The translations under genes and the position numbers were made by a program. From NCBI RefSeq assembly GCF_001194135.2, contig NC_068983.1, positions 99,179,683 through 99,243,682 on the forward strand: a DNA stretch of 64,000 nucleotides. Reading direction: 5' to 3'. Source of the stretch: Octopus bimaculoides (taxonomy: Eukaryota). Shown one piece after another: positions 22,901 through 37,385 of the stretch (position 1 is the stretch's first letter; each line of letters begins with the position of its first letter). Under the pieces are notes generated by a model. That model had not been told where the DNA came from, searched no databases, and saw nothing but the letters and a program-made list of their open reading frames with translations.

Positions 22901-23249
22901 AGTTCTAGAGGCTTTACAAAGACTGTGGTCACAGCCTCTTCCTGCAGACCTATCTAATCAAAACACACACAGAGACACACACATACACACAGACACACAG
23001 AGACACAGATACTCACAGACACACACAAGTTACTGATGATCAGAGGTTACAATTTATTGTAATGGTCATTAATTCTTAGCATTAAACTATATTATGTACT
23101 ATATACCTTCACTATATTAATAGCTGAGTATTCTTTGTTTTTGACTAAGACCCATACGCACACACACACGTTCATACGCAATTTATGCTTTTATCTACTC
23201 AAGACGAACGCTCACGCACATGAGTGGAGGAAACCCAAAAGAAACTTGT

Positions 23250-23941
23250 ACCACCCGGTAAATTCCATTTCAGAAGCCCTGCGCTCGCGCACGCACACAC
23301 ACACACATACACACTCTCTCTCTCTCACTCACACGCACACGCACACGCACCACATAATACAAACAAATGTTAAACTTAACTCCGAAAGCGAGCAGTCCAG
23401 GATTTTGATATTTTTGCTGTTATAAAATTTCATAACAGAAACGTACTGTTCAGAGGAGGGTACAGTGGCTTGAATCGATCCCAGTTTGTATAAATAGAGT
23501 ATTTTATTTTCACTTCTGGTCTTCCATAGATTTCTCTGAAAGTGAGAAAGGAAGTGAGATCGCTGCCGCTCGACTAATATTAGTAGTTGTAGTAGTCGTC
23601 CGCAGTAACAGTTTTAGAACACTGTGTGATAATAACTCTAACACCAGACATATCTAAGTAGCTTACTCACCACCGTTGCTACATCGTTCATGACAACATT
23701 AATATATCACATGATGCTATATCCGACCGTCCAATGAGATATCATATCAGTATAATCATCACTGATATCATCAATAATCGGTGTCGGTGATCATTTTTTG
23801 ACAAACATGGTAGGAAGAAGCAGAACACCAGCAGTCCGTAGTTATTAAGTCTTTACTGCTGCACCTTGACCTTCCTCTTCCTGCTCTCTCTACTCATACA
23901 ATATTATGTTTCTCTAAATCAGCCGACATCCCAGCAGACAG
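23250..23941 (+). promoter_or_regulatory. CpG-rich promoter and probable long 5' leader of the RhoGAP gene
   Basis: CpG retention, GCGCTCGCGCACGCA, GGAAGTG motifs near 23550 and several upstream ATGs. The transcription start site is not determinable from sequence. Confidence 0.5.
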
Positions 23942-24021
23942 ATGCAGAAAATGTGGAAAAAGGAAAATCTTAGGAAAAATCTTTTACGTGTCAAACAGAT
24001 AGCAGATCAGAACCTCGGACG
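23942..24021 (+). CDS. ARHGAP17/ARHGAP44: First coding exon of an N-BAR RhoGAP (RICH/Nadrin family)
   Basis: Translation is MQKMWKKENLRKNLLRVKQIADQNLG(R). The last 18 residues align without gaps to the vertebrate N-terminus MKKQFNRM(K/R)QLANQTVGR. It ends in a strong donor CG|GTAAGA within the Arg codon (phase 2; recalled to be the same position in vertebrates). There is an in-frame upstream TAA at 23915-23917. The expected next exon (AEKTEVL..DL) was not found. Confidence 0.75.
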
Positions 24022-24149
24022 GTAAGATTTCGATCTATCCAACAGTATATATATATATATATATATGTATCTTGACTATTTCTGTCTTTCTATCGAACTG
24101 TCTAGTCAACGATCAGTATATCAATTATCATTCTCTCTGGCCAGTTACT

Positions 24150-24239
24150 CATCTATCTCTCTATCCATCTATTTGTCTGTCTGTCTATCCATCCATCCTT
24201 GTGTCTGTCGAGCTAGTTGTCTATCTATCTATCTATCTA

Positions 24240-24276
<37 letters not shown>

Positions 24277-24292
24277 GTTTGTCTGTCTGTCT
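24150..24292. repeat. Compound (ATCT)n/(GTCT)n microsatellite
   Basis: Read directly. Confidence 0.9.
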
Positions 24293-25079
24293 TTATTATT
24301 ATTTTTTTGACATTTTCGCCCATTTGTGTCAATATCTTTCATTATAATTTAATAATTTAAAAATAGAATGAGTTAACTGTTCTTTAATATCCGAAACAGT
24401 TACACTCATTGCAACATGCTTTTGCCCAACTTCTCTCATATTACATAGAACCGATTATTTACTTGATCACTTTCACGAAAGTGACGAATTGAGACAGCTG
24501 TTACCATTTGATACTCTAGAAAGTCGTATTATACTTCCTATACGCCGTTATAAGTGTTACGCTTCTTATTTCTTGTTCATTGTAAATGTTGAAATATCAG
24601 CATATATCTAACCACACACACACAAAAAGAAATGAAAGAAAAACTGTTTGACGTTCCTACTCAATGTCTGTAAAATTCCCGAAACTAACTTTTATATACA
24701 CCGAATAAAGAAATAGAGATAGAGTTGTAACGGTAGGGTTATATACTTGATTGTATGTGCGTTATCTATCTATCTATCTATCTAATATATATATAATGGG
24801 ATAGATATGACGCCGAAGAATGTGTATGTCAGTATGAATGTAATATTTTCTTGTTCATTTTCGTATATATTTCACAGAGCTTCACATCTATAATGAAATT
24901 CTCTTGTAGACGATTAAATATTTTCGTGTCTATAATGCGGTCCTTGAGACATATCGAACCATCGTCTCGAGCATTTGTTCCCTTATTTGCAACAGCAACA
25001 CCTACTTTTACTAATGACAAACATTAATATTTGGCCTCGCATTTCCAACCTAACTACGCACACGCACAAATGCACTCTA

Positions 25080-25300
25080 TGGATGTGTGTGTGTGTGTGT
25101 GTATGTATAAATATATATAAACACACACACACATATATATATATAAACACACACACATATATATACACATATATACACAAATACATACACACATATATAT
25201 ATATATATGCATAAATACATATGTACATATATAGTGTATGTTTGTGTGAGTTGTGTATGCATATATGGGTGTGTGGGTGTATGCGTATGTATATAAATGT
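25080..25300. repeat. Compound (TG)n/(TA)n/(CA)n microsatellite
   Basis: Read directly; it explains the low-complexity ORFs in the track. Confidence 0.9.
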
Positions 25301-27037
25301 GTGAAAGAGACAGAGGGTAACTTCATGAAACGTCCTAGATCTTTTTATTAATTTCTGTTTGGGAGATTTAAGGAGAACACATCTCCCTTCTTCACAACAG
25401 TTTTTCTTAAAATAAAATAAATAAATAATTTCAAAAACTCTCCATTTGTGAAGTAGATAGAATTGTGACTCCAATGAAAATAATGAAATGTTCTTAGAAG
25501 TTTGATAGTTTAACTCATGTCTGAAGCCATTCACTATAACACCCACCACCACTCCAAAAAGAAACAAAACCAAAAAAAAAAACCCAGCCTCTTTCACAAG
25601 TTTCACAGATTTAATTGCAGCCACCAACCCTCTTTCTTCCCTTCACTCTCCCATGTCAATATAATGTAAATGTTTAGTAAAAGTTGTACTTACTAGTGTA
25701 CAGCTGACTAAACCTCCTACCGCAAGCCAGCATTGCCATGTTTGAAGGCAATTCACTTTGGATTTACACACAGCGTGTTGTTGCATACAGCCGTTCTAAC
25801 TTAAGCATTCAACAACATTACTATTATTTCTCATTACTTTTACCTTTTCAACTTTACTAACTTCTCGTTATGTTGTGCTGATATACACCTGAATTTTGTA
25901 CTTCTGTGAAGTATAAGTTAACTACACAAGCCACTCCTTTTTACTGCTTATAATAAAATAGTCGCTAGAAAGTGAAAATTATTTGCAGAGGAATATTTTT
26001 TTTCTGCTGGCACCCATAACGAATGTTTGGATTTTATCTTTAAAAACTGTAAACTGTCTGACCACATTTCACATCAACACCTAATTATTTCAATTCGTCA
26101 TCATTCAACTGTTGAACTTCAAGCTGAAACTGCTCCAATTTCACTTAGATGATCTCACTATATACCGTTATTTTAGTCAATCCTAGCTGCGATTACTTCT
26201 GAATGAATATCTTGCAATATTTGAAACGAATATTGTTGTGAATGTTAATCCTGTAAACCACATTTATATAATGGTACTTGTTAATTACAAAACGAAGGAT
26301 AGCCAACTTCTTAACGTCAACTTTTAAAAGAAAATTTAATTCATCTAAGATCAAGAACTTTACGAGTTTGTAACAAAAACCCAATTTTTGTAATAAAAAA
26401 CAAACAAAAAAATTGCCCACATTTTTTAATATAGACTAAGAATAATTTATGCTGTTAGGAAGAAATAATTAAGTTTAGAATAAACAATGTTTCTTTTAGT
26501 TTAACATGAGTTAAGTAAGTAAGCAAACATCGTTTTTCGTTGAATACCATATTCTGTAGATTTCATTCTTGTTGCGTAGAAACACACGAACGTAAATAAC
26601 ACGGATGTATATTGAAATGGAATATCACCGGTACGAAATATATTCAGAAGAATGTCAAAGAGAAAAACCCCAATTTTACTCCCCCTACCACTTCTGCTTT
26701 CAGATGGGAGAAGGGAAGTATTTAGACTTCAGTACTCAAAAACTTACCCTAGTTTGTTAGGATAACAATTTTATTATACCAGAAATAGGAAGTGAAAAAC
26801 CGGACGTTTTATCTGGTTCTTTATTGTTGTGTTAATTAAAATGCAGGTTCGGTCTGTAAGACTTACCATCTTGTTCGTTGTTTAGAATTGATTTACTTGT
26901 GGTGGGTGTTTTATCCCCGTTTGTTTTATAAAGGGCAGTTAATATGTGTGTACACCATTTTCATCTTGTTCTTTATGTTGACCTGCTGCAGTCATATTTA
27001 TTTAATAATTTCTCTCGTTTCCAATCGTTTTTCTCCA

Positions 27038-27074
<37 letters not shown>

Positions 27075-30000
27075 TTGTTTCATTTTCAGTTTTCTTTCAT
27101 CTGCCACTTGCTGCCACTACCACCACCATCTATATTACTACTACTACTACTACTACTACTACAATGATTTCCACAAATTGCCTGACTGACATTTGTTTGT
27201 GACATTCACGCCATCCAATGCCATCTTATAGTTCTGTATTGTAAAGTTTGGTCATATTCTCTTCTAGTGGTTGTTGTTGTTGGTAGTGGTCAATCTTGTT
27301 TTGTGTTAAATGTCACTCGGGTCTGAAGAACACTACAGAAGTGCTAAGATGAAAAAGAAGGAAATAGGCCAAAATATTTCATGTCTTTGATTCTCATGTG
27401 CTTAATATATCACTATATTGGGTTCAGTTTACCGAGATAGAGAATTTTATAAATTGGCAAAAATTTCAATAACCCTTGTAATAGCAACTTCTTATTGATT
27501 TAGTTAATAGTTGACTGCTGCATATTCAATTACATTGAAACAAGTCAACAAAGGAGCTTCTGTGTAGTAGTTTAACCTGCTAAAAATAGCATCAAAATCT
27601 CCCTCAAATCACACAGGTTTGTTCGATCAAGGTTGACCTGACCTTAGGCTTAACAACAAATACAGCTATAATGATATCTCCCATTTATTTTGCTTATCAA
27701 GCTATAAGTGACTCTTCAGTTGTATGGTTGCTGGTTGTCTATCAGATGTGCATTAAAAGGGTGTCAAATATATTGCTGATGAGCCACATCTGGCCCGTGG
27801 CAATGTTTAGTCCAGCCCCTAGCTGGATTTATTGTTATTTTTTTTAAAATTAAAGTATTCTCTGACGTATATATCACTAGCTCTATCCAGAGCCAGAGCC
27901 CCAATAGAGCTGTGATTAACACTGATTCTGACCTGTCAAATCAGGGTACCTTAGGAAATCTTCTTTTTCTTTTAACCTGTTAAAAAAGAAGCATATGAAT
28001 CCATATACTAAAATAGTCATGGCCAAACTGCAACCCATAGGACTTTGTAAACACTATGTATTTTGAGAAGTAATGTTTGCTGCCACTTCAACATGACTGT
28101 TCCATATGAAACAATGTTACTACCGTTTTTAATCCCAAGAAGATACCTCCTCCAACTGGTTATCGATGCAATCTGCACCTGATATATATTGCAAGCAGGA
28201 GAGCAAGCCCCTACCATCTTGTCAGGATCAGCAGACTGTCTGGTTTTGAGCTGTTTTTGCCCATCCTCAGTGCTGGACATCTATCTGCTAGAGATAGCAG
28301 TAGTTCACTCCAGCTTGCTGTATATAGAAAAATAAATGACAATCTGTCACTGATCTTGCAACAAGCAAAGTAGCTAGATAGAAAATTTCTGTCAGAGATG
28401 AAAGTTATAGCTTTCATCTATTATAGAGATTTTCTAACTAGCTACTTTTACTATGTATTTTATTATTTAAAAAAAGAGAATTTATGCATGAGGAGTCTAT
28501 AGTTAACTCTTTGGTCAACTGGTTTAACAAAACTGTCCACAAGCTTTATTCATTGCTCTCTTTAAAGGCCATCATATGGAAACAATTTGGTTTTGGCACA
28601 GTATAGTTTATCTTGTTTGGGATTTTACTATTTTGAATTCAAATTACATGCATTGAGTAATCTACCAAGTATGAGAAGGTACTGGAATTGACTGAATCGG
28701 TTGTGCTACCAAAATTGAAATTTCAAGCAGGAATAATATAATCTGAGTAGTCTTTCACACTGACTCTTGATAAAATATGGTGAGCTGGCAGAATCGTTAC
28801 TGTGTTGGGCAAAATGCTTAGTGAAATTTCTTCTGACTTTGAATGCTGTCAGGGTCTACTTTGCCTTTAACAGTGGTATCCCAGTATGGCTGCAGCTTTT
28901 GAGCTGAAACTAGTTAAAGAGTTATTACTTTATCCTTCTTATATGATATGTAGACATCTATGTGAGCTGTATTCTATCACTCCGCCCTTTATTGCAATTT
29001 CTCTCTTCACTATCATTCATGCTTTTCACTCTGTAAAGAAGCTAAGCAAGCAGAGATGTATTGTTGTGAGGACCCTTTATTCTTGTCAAGAACATGATAC
29101 CTCTCTACTACTGATGCCATGAAAGAAGCACCCAGTACACTCTGTAAAATGGGTGGTATGAGGAAGGGCATCAAGCTGTAGAAACCTAGCCAAAAATGAA
29201 ATGTGAGATTAGGTCCTTGGCCCATCTTGGTGTGCTGTACCCTTGAATATGTACTGACTCCAATTGCAACAAGTTTTCCAACCCATACCAGAATGGAAAG
29301 TGACTGTAAAATTATATAATCTTTTACTGGTTTTGGTCATTGAACTGTAGCTTTCCTGGGGCATTTATTCTCTCTTTTATTCACCTGTACCTTTAGAATA
29401 TGCATTGACACCTTGTCACCATATTTATCTACTTTTCCAGTTACTGCCACCCACACTTATATAATGTGTGGTAGCCATGTAACTCCTCTACAGCAATACA
29501 CCTGTCCCTGTCCCATCATACTTTAGCCTACCAACATCCGGCATAAAGCTACTCCTTCACCTGCTTTATATACACTCACTGATTCAAAGAGACTTGTTTT
29601 GAGAGTTCCTTGATGACGTCACTAGCATCAGTGCCGTGAAAAAATCACCCAGTACACACTGTAAAGTGGTTGGCATTAAGAAGGGCATTCAGCTGTACAA
29701 ACCATGTCAAAACAGATATTGGAGCCCAACACAGTCCTCAGGCTCATTGGATCCTGTTGAACTATTCAACTCATGTCAACATGTAACTTAGATGTTAAAT
29801 GCTGATCAGACGTGTGTGTTTGTGTATGTGTGTATTTCAGAGCAGAACACTTTTTTTTTCTATACTGCTTGAATTTGCTTAGTTGTGAAGAATAAGTAAT
29901 CTTAGAAGGTTATTTGCAGTAGACCAACATCCTAGCCATAGGAGATTTACCATGTTTGTTTGTTTGCCAAGAACCTAAAATACAACTAGCCCTTAAAAGT

Positions 30001-30539
30001 CTCTTAGTGCTTAGAAGACATTTTCATTTTATGTTAGAAACGTACATACATGAAGCTATATATAGCGCAAGTACTACTGTAAAATGAAAGTACATTGGAG
30101 TGAGCATATCATTGATTAATAGAATAGTTTGATTGATCAATCTTATCAGAGATTTCATACACTTAAGTTTATATTTCTTTTCTTTAATCAAATATGATAT
30201 GTAATAAACAAGGTGAAAGATAAGTACATCAAATAAACAAACTGATAATACTGAGTAGGCAAAGTATTCAGTATAAAATTCTTTTGTCTTGTTCATGTGA
30301 TAGTACTTTCTTCTCCTGTTGATTTCAACTGATAATTTCTTCTTTTTTTTCCTTTTTGAGGTGGAAATAATTATTGTTTAATGTAAAAGTTTGAATCCAG
30401 TTATAGTTTTTAGTTTATAAAAGGATTTTATTTCTTCCCACCATCTGCATTAATCTTTTATGCAAAACATCGAGTGGAACTTCAAATCTAATTAAAGCAC
30501 TCTATATAGCTGTTTAGCATAAACACATAGTTTCCCTCT

Positions 30540-31660
30540 GAAACAATTTTGGGCCCTAAGTTGGGTCTCATTCAGCAGTTACAGTACAGGTAAAGAATGC
30601 AGCCTATAACACCTGGAGGAAGTCACCCACTACCACAACACTTGCCAGACTCCAACTGGAAAAGCAAAAGATACCTTTGTGCCCCATACAGTCTGCAAGT
30701 TTTATCTCTACTCAAGTTGTAACAGAGCTTTTTGGTCTATCAACTTTACAGAATCCTCCTATCCATCACTAGGATCTGTAAGCTGCACCACTTCTGTTGT
30801 TCAGATCATTTCTTAATTCATTACCACAGGCACCTACCAAAACTCCTAAACTTTTTAATTCTCAATGTCATCTGTCTCATCACTGCTTATATGCAGTTGC
30901 CATCTTCATAAAAATCTAATGTCTCCAACTTAACAAGGCCATCAGTCTCAAGTGTCCCTTCTGTCACCCACAAACAATGTACTCCTAAGCTAGCTCCTGT
31001 TCTCAGCAAGCACTTCAGTCTTTCTCTCTCTACTGGGATCTATCATGATCTTCATAAGCAAAATCTAGTGTTTCTCATCCACAAGAAAGATAACCTTGCC
31101 AAGTACATTCTAATCACCCTCACTTCTAACATCTCAGAGTTGAAAATAGAAACAACACCTCTATCATTACTTTCTTTGCCACCTCAGTGATCTTTAGTAT
31201 GGCTTCTATAGAGTCAGTTTTATAGGAAACTTGCTCTCCTGTCACCCACCAATGTCTCTTTGATATTGAGAAATTCCATGAAAGCATTGTTCTTGCAAAT
31301 GTCATCAGAAAAGCCTTTGACTATGGCATGGAAATTGAGCATAATTTCCTAATTATGTTTCTTCCTTCTCTCTTTGCATTGGAAGTTTTCTGTTGATTAC
31401 ACCATTGTAGCATATGCTCATGCAACTTTCTTTGGTCCATATTCTGCCTACAAAGTTTAATGTACTCTTAAGCAGATCATACTGCTTCACTCCTCCTTAG
31501 CTTTCTGTATACAGGTGTCATCCATGTACAGTCTAAACATCTCATACCAACAAATATTGCCTCAATGAACAAAGTATTTGAGAACATCCTACATTGGGGA
31601 CATAGCAGTTCAGTTCCTTTCAATGATACAAAATCACAATCATGGGAATAGTGATGTATG
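30540..31660 (+). mobile_element. Decayed CR1/Jockey-like LINE RT region
   Basis: Residual RT motifs (S.G......K...V..IHKK.....Y..I.LTS near 31030-31130; TLH S...NIAS...FENILHWG..S.V.FN.TK.Q near 31480-31640), with many stops and frameshifts. Confidence 0.65.
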
Positions 31661-32005
31661 TCACTTTGTTTCATTTTGAATAACACACACACAACTAAAG
31701 CTGTTAAATGCTGGTGCAAATTCTGGTGGGTCTCACCTTCACTCATATATCTATAAAATCATTAGCCCTCTTCTTCGGGGCCAGACAGTTCTTCATTCAG
31801 GATGTGTTGCTGCTACTCATAGAATCTATCTAGACTTTATCAAAAGGAATGTTATTTGTTTGGCAAAGATTCATTTAACATGTTACAAACTCTGAACTAC
31901 ATGCTTCCAGTTACTCTTAACAATGTCTTTAAAATACAGTTACACATACCAAAGAACAGACTACAGACACTGGGCCACCCAATACCTCATGATCTTTCAT
32001 GACAT

Positions 32006-32031
32006 TTGTGTGTGCGTGTGTGTGTGTGTGT

Positions 32032-32078
<47 letters not shown>
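32006..32078. repeat. (TG)n microsatellite
   Basis: Read directly. Confidence 0.95.
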
Positions 32079-32079
<1 letters not shown>

Positions 32080-34199
32080 TGATAATATTTAATGTACCCA
32101 AAACTGCATGTCATTGACTAGGCCTTGTCTTCTGTGCCAAAAACTACTGCAGTTTTGAACAGCTGCTGAACTCACACCAGATAGAAGTCCAATTCCTACT
32201 AGACTGCTGTTCACATAGGTGGGATAGTGCCTTGTCTATCTTCTGACTTTTCTATCATTACTACAATAGTTCCTGCTCCTTTGAATTAGCAAGCTATGTA
32301 TTTCTTCCATCATGTTGCCATTTCTACTATATATAACTCAGCACTAAACATCATCATCATCATTTAACATCCGTTTTTCCATATTGGCATGGGTTGGACT
32401 TTTTCCAATACCTTCATCCTTGGAACTGCAATCATCTAGAACTCAGTCCCACTTCTTTCTCTATAAGTGTCAACTTTTAGAAGTTCAATATCAGCTTCAT
32501 CAATTTAACAAAGAGCATGGACATTGTCTCTCCTCACTAGAATAAAATTAAAAGAAAAAAGTTTTCTCTCAGGGTTTTTATTCTTCATTGTTTAAGATAA
32601 AGACTGAATAAACATGTATTTAGATATATACTTCTTTGTGATTATTCAGACCAACTCAGAAGATACCATCTTTGCAGCTTAAAAATAAATGACTTTCATA
32701 TTCACTTGAAATTATTGCAATGAAATGAGTGTAAAGGCTTATTTATCCATAACTCCCCACAAACTATGAGTATTATCCTTCCTTAGACAACTTTATTAAA
32801 AAACAATTATCATTTATTTATTTCATATTTTGAAATAACTCTTCTTACTGTAAATACAAATGAAATAGGAAAGATAAGTTTAATTTAAAAGATACTTTTT
32901 TTTTAATATATAGGCCTGAATAAAACATTCTGAATTATTTTCCTCTATTAAACATCACATGTGAATATAAGATCTTAACAGTACACGTGATCATATGTGC
33001 TTCCTATTTGATTTAATTGTATTAACTTAATTACTTATTGTTAATCCTTATATTGGTTGCCAAGAGCTTAGTAAGTTAAGTACTATTGGCTTGTGTATTT
33101 AGAAACTTTGTTATAGTCTCATCTGTAAACAAGATTTACCTGAGTGAAGTTTTTTCTTATTGCCTCTATTTTAGGCAACTAGCTAAACAAGAAAGCAATT
33201 TCATTATTTTTCACTGTACTAGCTGAATGTTCCATTGTACCATACTAATTACTGTCATTATTCATCCCCAAAATATATCATAGTCTTAGTAATTCATTGC
33301 CTGCTCAGATTAGGTGATTTTATCAAATTGCAGTATAGAAAGTTGCAATTTAATTTTAGCATAACATTTATCATATTTTCTCTGTCTGCACCGTTTTCTT
33401 GATGAGTTTCTTTTCAGTTTGCTAATAATAATTTTTCATTTCATTACACATTATTAGAGGTAAACACCCATCTAAGTTATTTCATTTTTATTACACAGAA
33501 ACATGTTGTTAGTAACATTTCCAGTTGGACAATTCAAAGATTTCCCTAACCATTAATGATAGGCTTGACAACAACTTCTCATACACCTAGCTTTTAATAA
33601 ATCTATTGTCCTACATTTCTTCTTTATCTTTTTATCATGCAGGGCAAATTAATGAGATAAAAAGTCAAAACTACTGCACTGAGCATCATTACATAATCTA
33701 CCAGTTTAGCTAAAAGTTATCCAAATATTTCTGACTATTTCTTGTTAATTTTCCTAATGAATTATTTTGTTAGTTGGAGTAGCAACTGAACATATAGCAG
33801 TTCCCTTTCATTTGCTTCACATCACTTGTGTGCTACTTGATTTTATATTTTCTTTGTGATAGTACTTTTTCTCCCCACAGCAGTCATTAGTGGTCATTCA
33901 TTCTGTCATCATTCATGCCTAGTAGCCAAGTGCTGTATGAATAATTGTAATGACATAAGTATTCATAATTAGTATGGATAATTACAAAGAATTAAAGTTG
34001 GATATACAGAATTTTACATTATAGTTGTAATCTTAATGTTCAAAACTGAAAATATAGATTTTTAATGATTAACCTTCTAAAAAGTAATGGTGAGGTTTAT
34101 TTACTTGAGAATTCTTCATTTCAAAAGCATAATGTCTAGATGAAATGTGTGCTTAGTAGATGCCATATGAGTCTAATGGGTACATTTAATTTATCTTAT

Positions 34200-34605
34200 A
34201 TCTTTTGTTTCAGTCATTAGACTGTGGCCATGTTGGGGCATCACTTTGAAGAATTTTTAGTTGAATGTATTGAACCCAGTACTTTTATTTTTAAAGCCCA
34301 GTACTTATTCTATAGGTCTTATTTGCTGAACTGCTATGTTGCAGGCACGTAAACACACCAGCACTGGTTATCGAGTGATGGTGATGGAGGACAAGCACAG
34401 ACACAAAGACACACACACACACACAAACAATGAGCTTCTTTCAGTTTCTACCTATCAAGCCCACTCACAAGGCTTTACACATTCTTGACATCGACCTGAG
34501 ACTATAATAGAAGACACTTGCCCAAGGCACTACACAGTGGGAGTGAGCCTCAAGCCATGTGGCTGAGAAGCAAGTTTCGTACCACACAGCTACACCTGTG
34601 CCTAT
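34200..34605 (-). mobile_element. SINE family A, full length
   Basis: Colinear with the reverse complement of the reference copy. Confidence 0.85.
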
Positions 34606-36824
34606 AATTAGATTATTTTCTTGAATTAGCTTTCTCATGTCAACTTAGACTATGGGCATTAAATGTGAAAATGTTAGCTTCAAAGTTGTACATTCTGACA
34701 GTAACATTTTCTGGTTTTTCTACTAGCAGTAAAATAACTGTAGAGATTGTTTCTTTTTCCTTCTTGTTCAGAAAATTTGATTACCATTTGTTGAACTGAC
34801 TACTTCAAATCTAAGTCGTGTTTTGCAAAGCAAAAATACTTTCACTATCATATATCAACTATTTCAAATGCCTTTCTTTTTCAGTTCTCTCTCACCTTTC
34901 CTACAACATGTGCTATTCTATTTTGCAGATGTTGAGAATTGCTTGAAAGAGTTTAAATACATGTTTTGTTTGCACTACATATTTTTTTCCATAGACAGTA
35001 GACGTGCTTTCATCACTGAAGTTGGAGTCAACTACTTAAAGTGTGTCCCATAGTTAGATGTGTTTATTTTTCTAATTATGTTTCTCTTTGTTCTCACATG
35101 GATCTTCTGTGGTACAATGTTTGATTAGAAATATGTCGTTAATGATATTTAAGTATAAATCCTGACAAGTAATTAAGAAACTATTAGTTTAGACATTTCC
35201 TTTCAAAGAATTCCCTTTTTTATTGTAATAATGCATTTTGGATTTTTTTTTCGCTATAAGTTTTTCATGTTGCTCGTCTGTTAGAGATCACTTTACACAT
35301 TCTTGACATTAACATCATATGTTGTATAATTAAAGTGTAAATTAAATCTGGTTTTGTATCAAAATTGAAAACAATATCATATATTAAATGGACAGTAAAT
35401 GATGTTCTTTTAATTATCATTCACTTCTTATATGCTAGTTTTCTTCAAAACTTTTGTTTTAGTAGCTATATTGATAATCTCTTCATATTGTTCTATGTGT
35501 TTAGTTAGACAACCCAGCTTTATCTTTCATACTTTTTATCATTATATATATATTAATATATAGGTGCAGGCCTGGTTATGTGGTAACAAGTTTGCTTCCC
35601 AACCACATGGTTCCAGGTTCAATTCCACTGTGTTAGAATTACAAAATATCTGCATAAATTTCAAACTGGAATCAAGAAATTTTACAAGTAACACTATTAT
35701 AAATAACACTTCAAGAAAATATTTAATTCTTTAAAAACAGAAAACAAAAAAACCAAAAACCAAAACAAAACTATATTTTCTAATAACTATATTTTCTCTC
35801 TCTAAATTTTATCGGATCAGCAAATTGTAGTGTATTATTTTTACCTATGTTGTTTATATGTTTATTGCAGTTAATTTAATCTCTCATACAATTTGATTTT
35901 CAATATCTCCCATCAGATTCTTTTTATCTTTGTCTTTAGACTTATCATTGAGATTAATTTCTTTTTGTTCATCTATTCCATCAAGTGTTATTGCTACAAT
36001 TGAATGTGATAATGCTTATAGCCATATGATAAGGTCACATTCATTTCCCACTGTAAACATTAATTGCATGCATTTTTTTTTATAGAATGCTAATACTTAT
36101 GTCATTAATTAATTAGTAAAACTAATTAATCACTTTCTGTGTTGCATTTAAAGCAATTACAAATTCATAACAAATAGTAGTTCCTTTTGATAATAAAATA
36201 CAAGGCTAATTCTCAAATTATCTGTAATGTATTCCTAATACTTATTTCTATTGATCTTAAGGATTTGAAATCCAAGTAACCCAAGTGAATTTGAACTCAG
36301 AGTGAATTCGAACAACTTTTGATATAGTTGCATTACAAGGTTTAGTTATCTTTTTTAGGACATGAACTAGAAAGTTAACTGAATCAATGATTGCATTTGA
36401 CTAGTACCTTTTTTCTATCAACCCTGGAAGGACAAACAATAAATTTACTCTGATGGGATTTGAACATAAGATCTGAATGGAACAAACCATCATTCTGGTG
36501 TCTTAATCAATTCCACTGCCATAAGTTTGCAATGGATATTGCTTTTGTGTTGAAATAGCAAAGTCTGTTCATGCATATCATTAATAGCTAGTAGAATGTT
36601 AAATTTATGAAATTTTAAGTATAAAATCTGATATTGGAGAACACAAATATACAACAGTTCGTGTTACTTTAGTGTGCAATCTACCTCTCCATTTACACTT
36701 CAGTTGGTGGTCTCTCTGCACATTTAGATTTTAGTGTGCAGTCTGCCTCTACTACAAGAGGACGATAAAACAAGTTGAATAACATTAAATAAGGATTTAT
36801 TATTAATGGCATACTTAAGTCATC

Positions 36825-37015
36825 AAGCTTGGCAGAATCATTATCAAGCTGGACGAAATGCTTTGTGGCATTTCTTCTGGCTTTGTTCTGAGTTGAAATT
36901 CTATCAAAGTCGATTTGCCTTCTATTCTTTCTGGGTCTATAAAATAAACACCAGCTGAACATTGGGGTTGATGTAATCTCTCCAAGTTTCAGGCCTTGTG
37001 CTTATTGTAGAATGA
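36825..37015 (+). mobile_element. SINE family B; further plus-strand copies at 42872-43075 and 61985-62180
   Basis: Match to the family B consensus. Confidence 0.8.
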
Positions 37016-37184
37016 ATTATTAATGATATAAAATTAATCAATATGAGTCATATTCATTAGAATTATAATCCTCAAAAAATGCAAAACAGTACATTAATGG
37101 TCATGATTATAATGGAATTCATTTGTGTTACATAACTGATACAAACAATTTACATTTAAATCCTTTAATGGTACATACTTCATG

Positions 37185-37385
37185 AGGCGCAGGAGTGGCT
37201 GTGTGGTAAGTAGCTTGCTTACCAACCACANNNNNNNNNNNNNNNNNNNNNNNNNNNNNNNNNNNNNNNNNNNNNNNNNNNNNNNNNNNNNNNNNNNNNN
37301 NNNNNNNNNNNNNNNNNNNNNNNNNNNNNNAATAAGTCCTGGGGTCGATTTGCTCGACTAAAGGCGGTGCTCCAGCAAGTAAAAG
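37185..37385 (+). mobile_element. SINE family A spanning an N-gap
   Basis: Head before the gap and tail after it are essentially consensus-like, suggesting a young copy. Confidence 0.8.

Noticed and set aside
24865-24905. Acceptor TTTCACAG|AGCT as RhoGAP exon 2 (likewise TTTCAG|AGCAGAACAC near 29839)
   Set aside because: They begin R-A as expected but hit stop codons within a few codons and lack KTEVL.
31477-31746. Minus ORF with LLCPQCRMFSNTLF resembling a UBR-family RING segment
   Set aside because: It is the antisense of a decayed LINE RT region on the plus strand; no splice signals or other UBR exons were found.
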